NCBI GenBank assembly: GCA_963555825.3
Contig: CAUVXB020000002.1
Location: forward strand, 2,304,001 to 2,368,000
Length of the DNA stretch: 64,000 bases
DNA from: Alphaproteobacteria bacterium
GTDB lineage: Bacteria > Pseudomonadota > Alphaproteobacteria > JAAXGF01
Direction: 5' to 3'
In this document: one piece after another, positions 63,928-64,000 of the stretch
Numbering within the stretch: position 1 is the stretch's first letter
Layout of the letters: the number at the start of each line of letters is the position of its first letter
Program-made: the position numbers and the translations under genes
Notes under the pieces: model-generated
Told to the model about the DNA's origin: nothing
What the model saw: the letters and a program-made list of their open reading frames with translations, nothing else
Databases searched by the model: none

Positions 63928-64000
63928 ACTGGCCGAACGGTCGGCGGCCCCCCTCTTGTCCCAATTAGACTGGCGCGGGCTTGCGACATCCGAACGATAG

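Overview
High-GC (proteobacterial, probably alphaproteobacterial) accessory region in which roughly two thirds of the 64 kb is mobile DNA, much of it nested or decayed. Mobile content: IS630 (one frameshift-type element and a CTAG-targeting element in head-to-tail arrays of 4 and 2), IS1380 (3 full, 2 remnants), IS21 (3 near-identical, 1 degenerate), IS256 (2), IS3 (1), a two-ORF IS3/IS481-like element with 14-bp target duplications (2 full, 1 truncated), IS1182 (1 full, 1 remnant), a RIT three-recombinase element with 100-bp inverted arms, a truncated group II intron, a non-autonomous IS1595-type cassette with a passenger gene, and broken tyrosine integrases. Cargo genes: outer-membrane beta-barrel, frameshifted DMT transporter, MT-A70 methyltransferase, sodC (two inverted copies), a solute-binding protein plus BCCT transporter, nirK, a TPR-like protein, small secreted proteins, a frameshifted Evf/Cyt-like protein (tentative), a LuxR-type regulator and an enoyl-CoA hydratase. 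Most notable observations: (1) a conserved ~145-bp non-coding module that interrupts two different integrase genes at the same GGGTTCG (Gly-Phe) position; (2) IS630 arrays whose ends regenerate their own CTAG target; (3) an IS21 copy with strongly AT-to-GC-biased decay; (4) IS1380 right ends sitting directly upstream of sodC, nirK and the SBP-BCCT pair. No rRNA, tRNA or CRISPR array was seen. All calls are by eye; no database searches were run.
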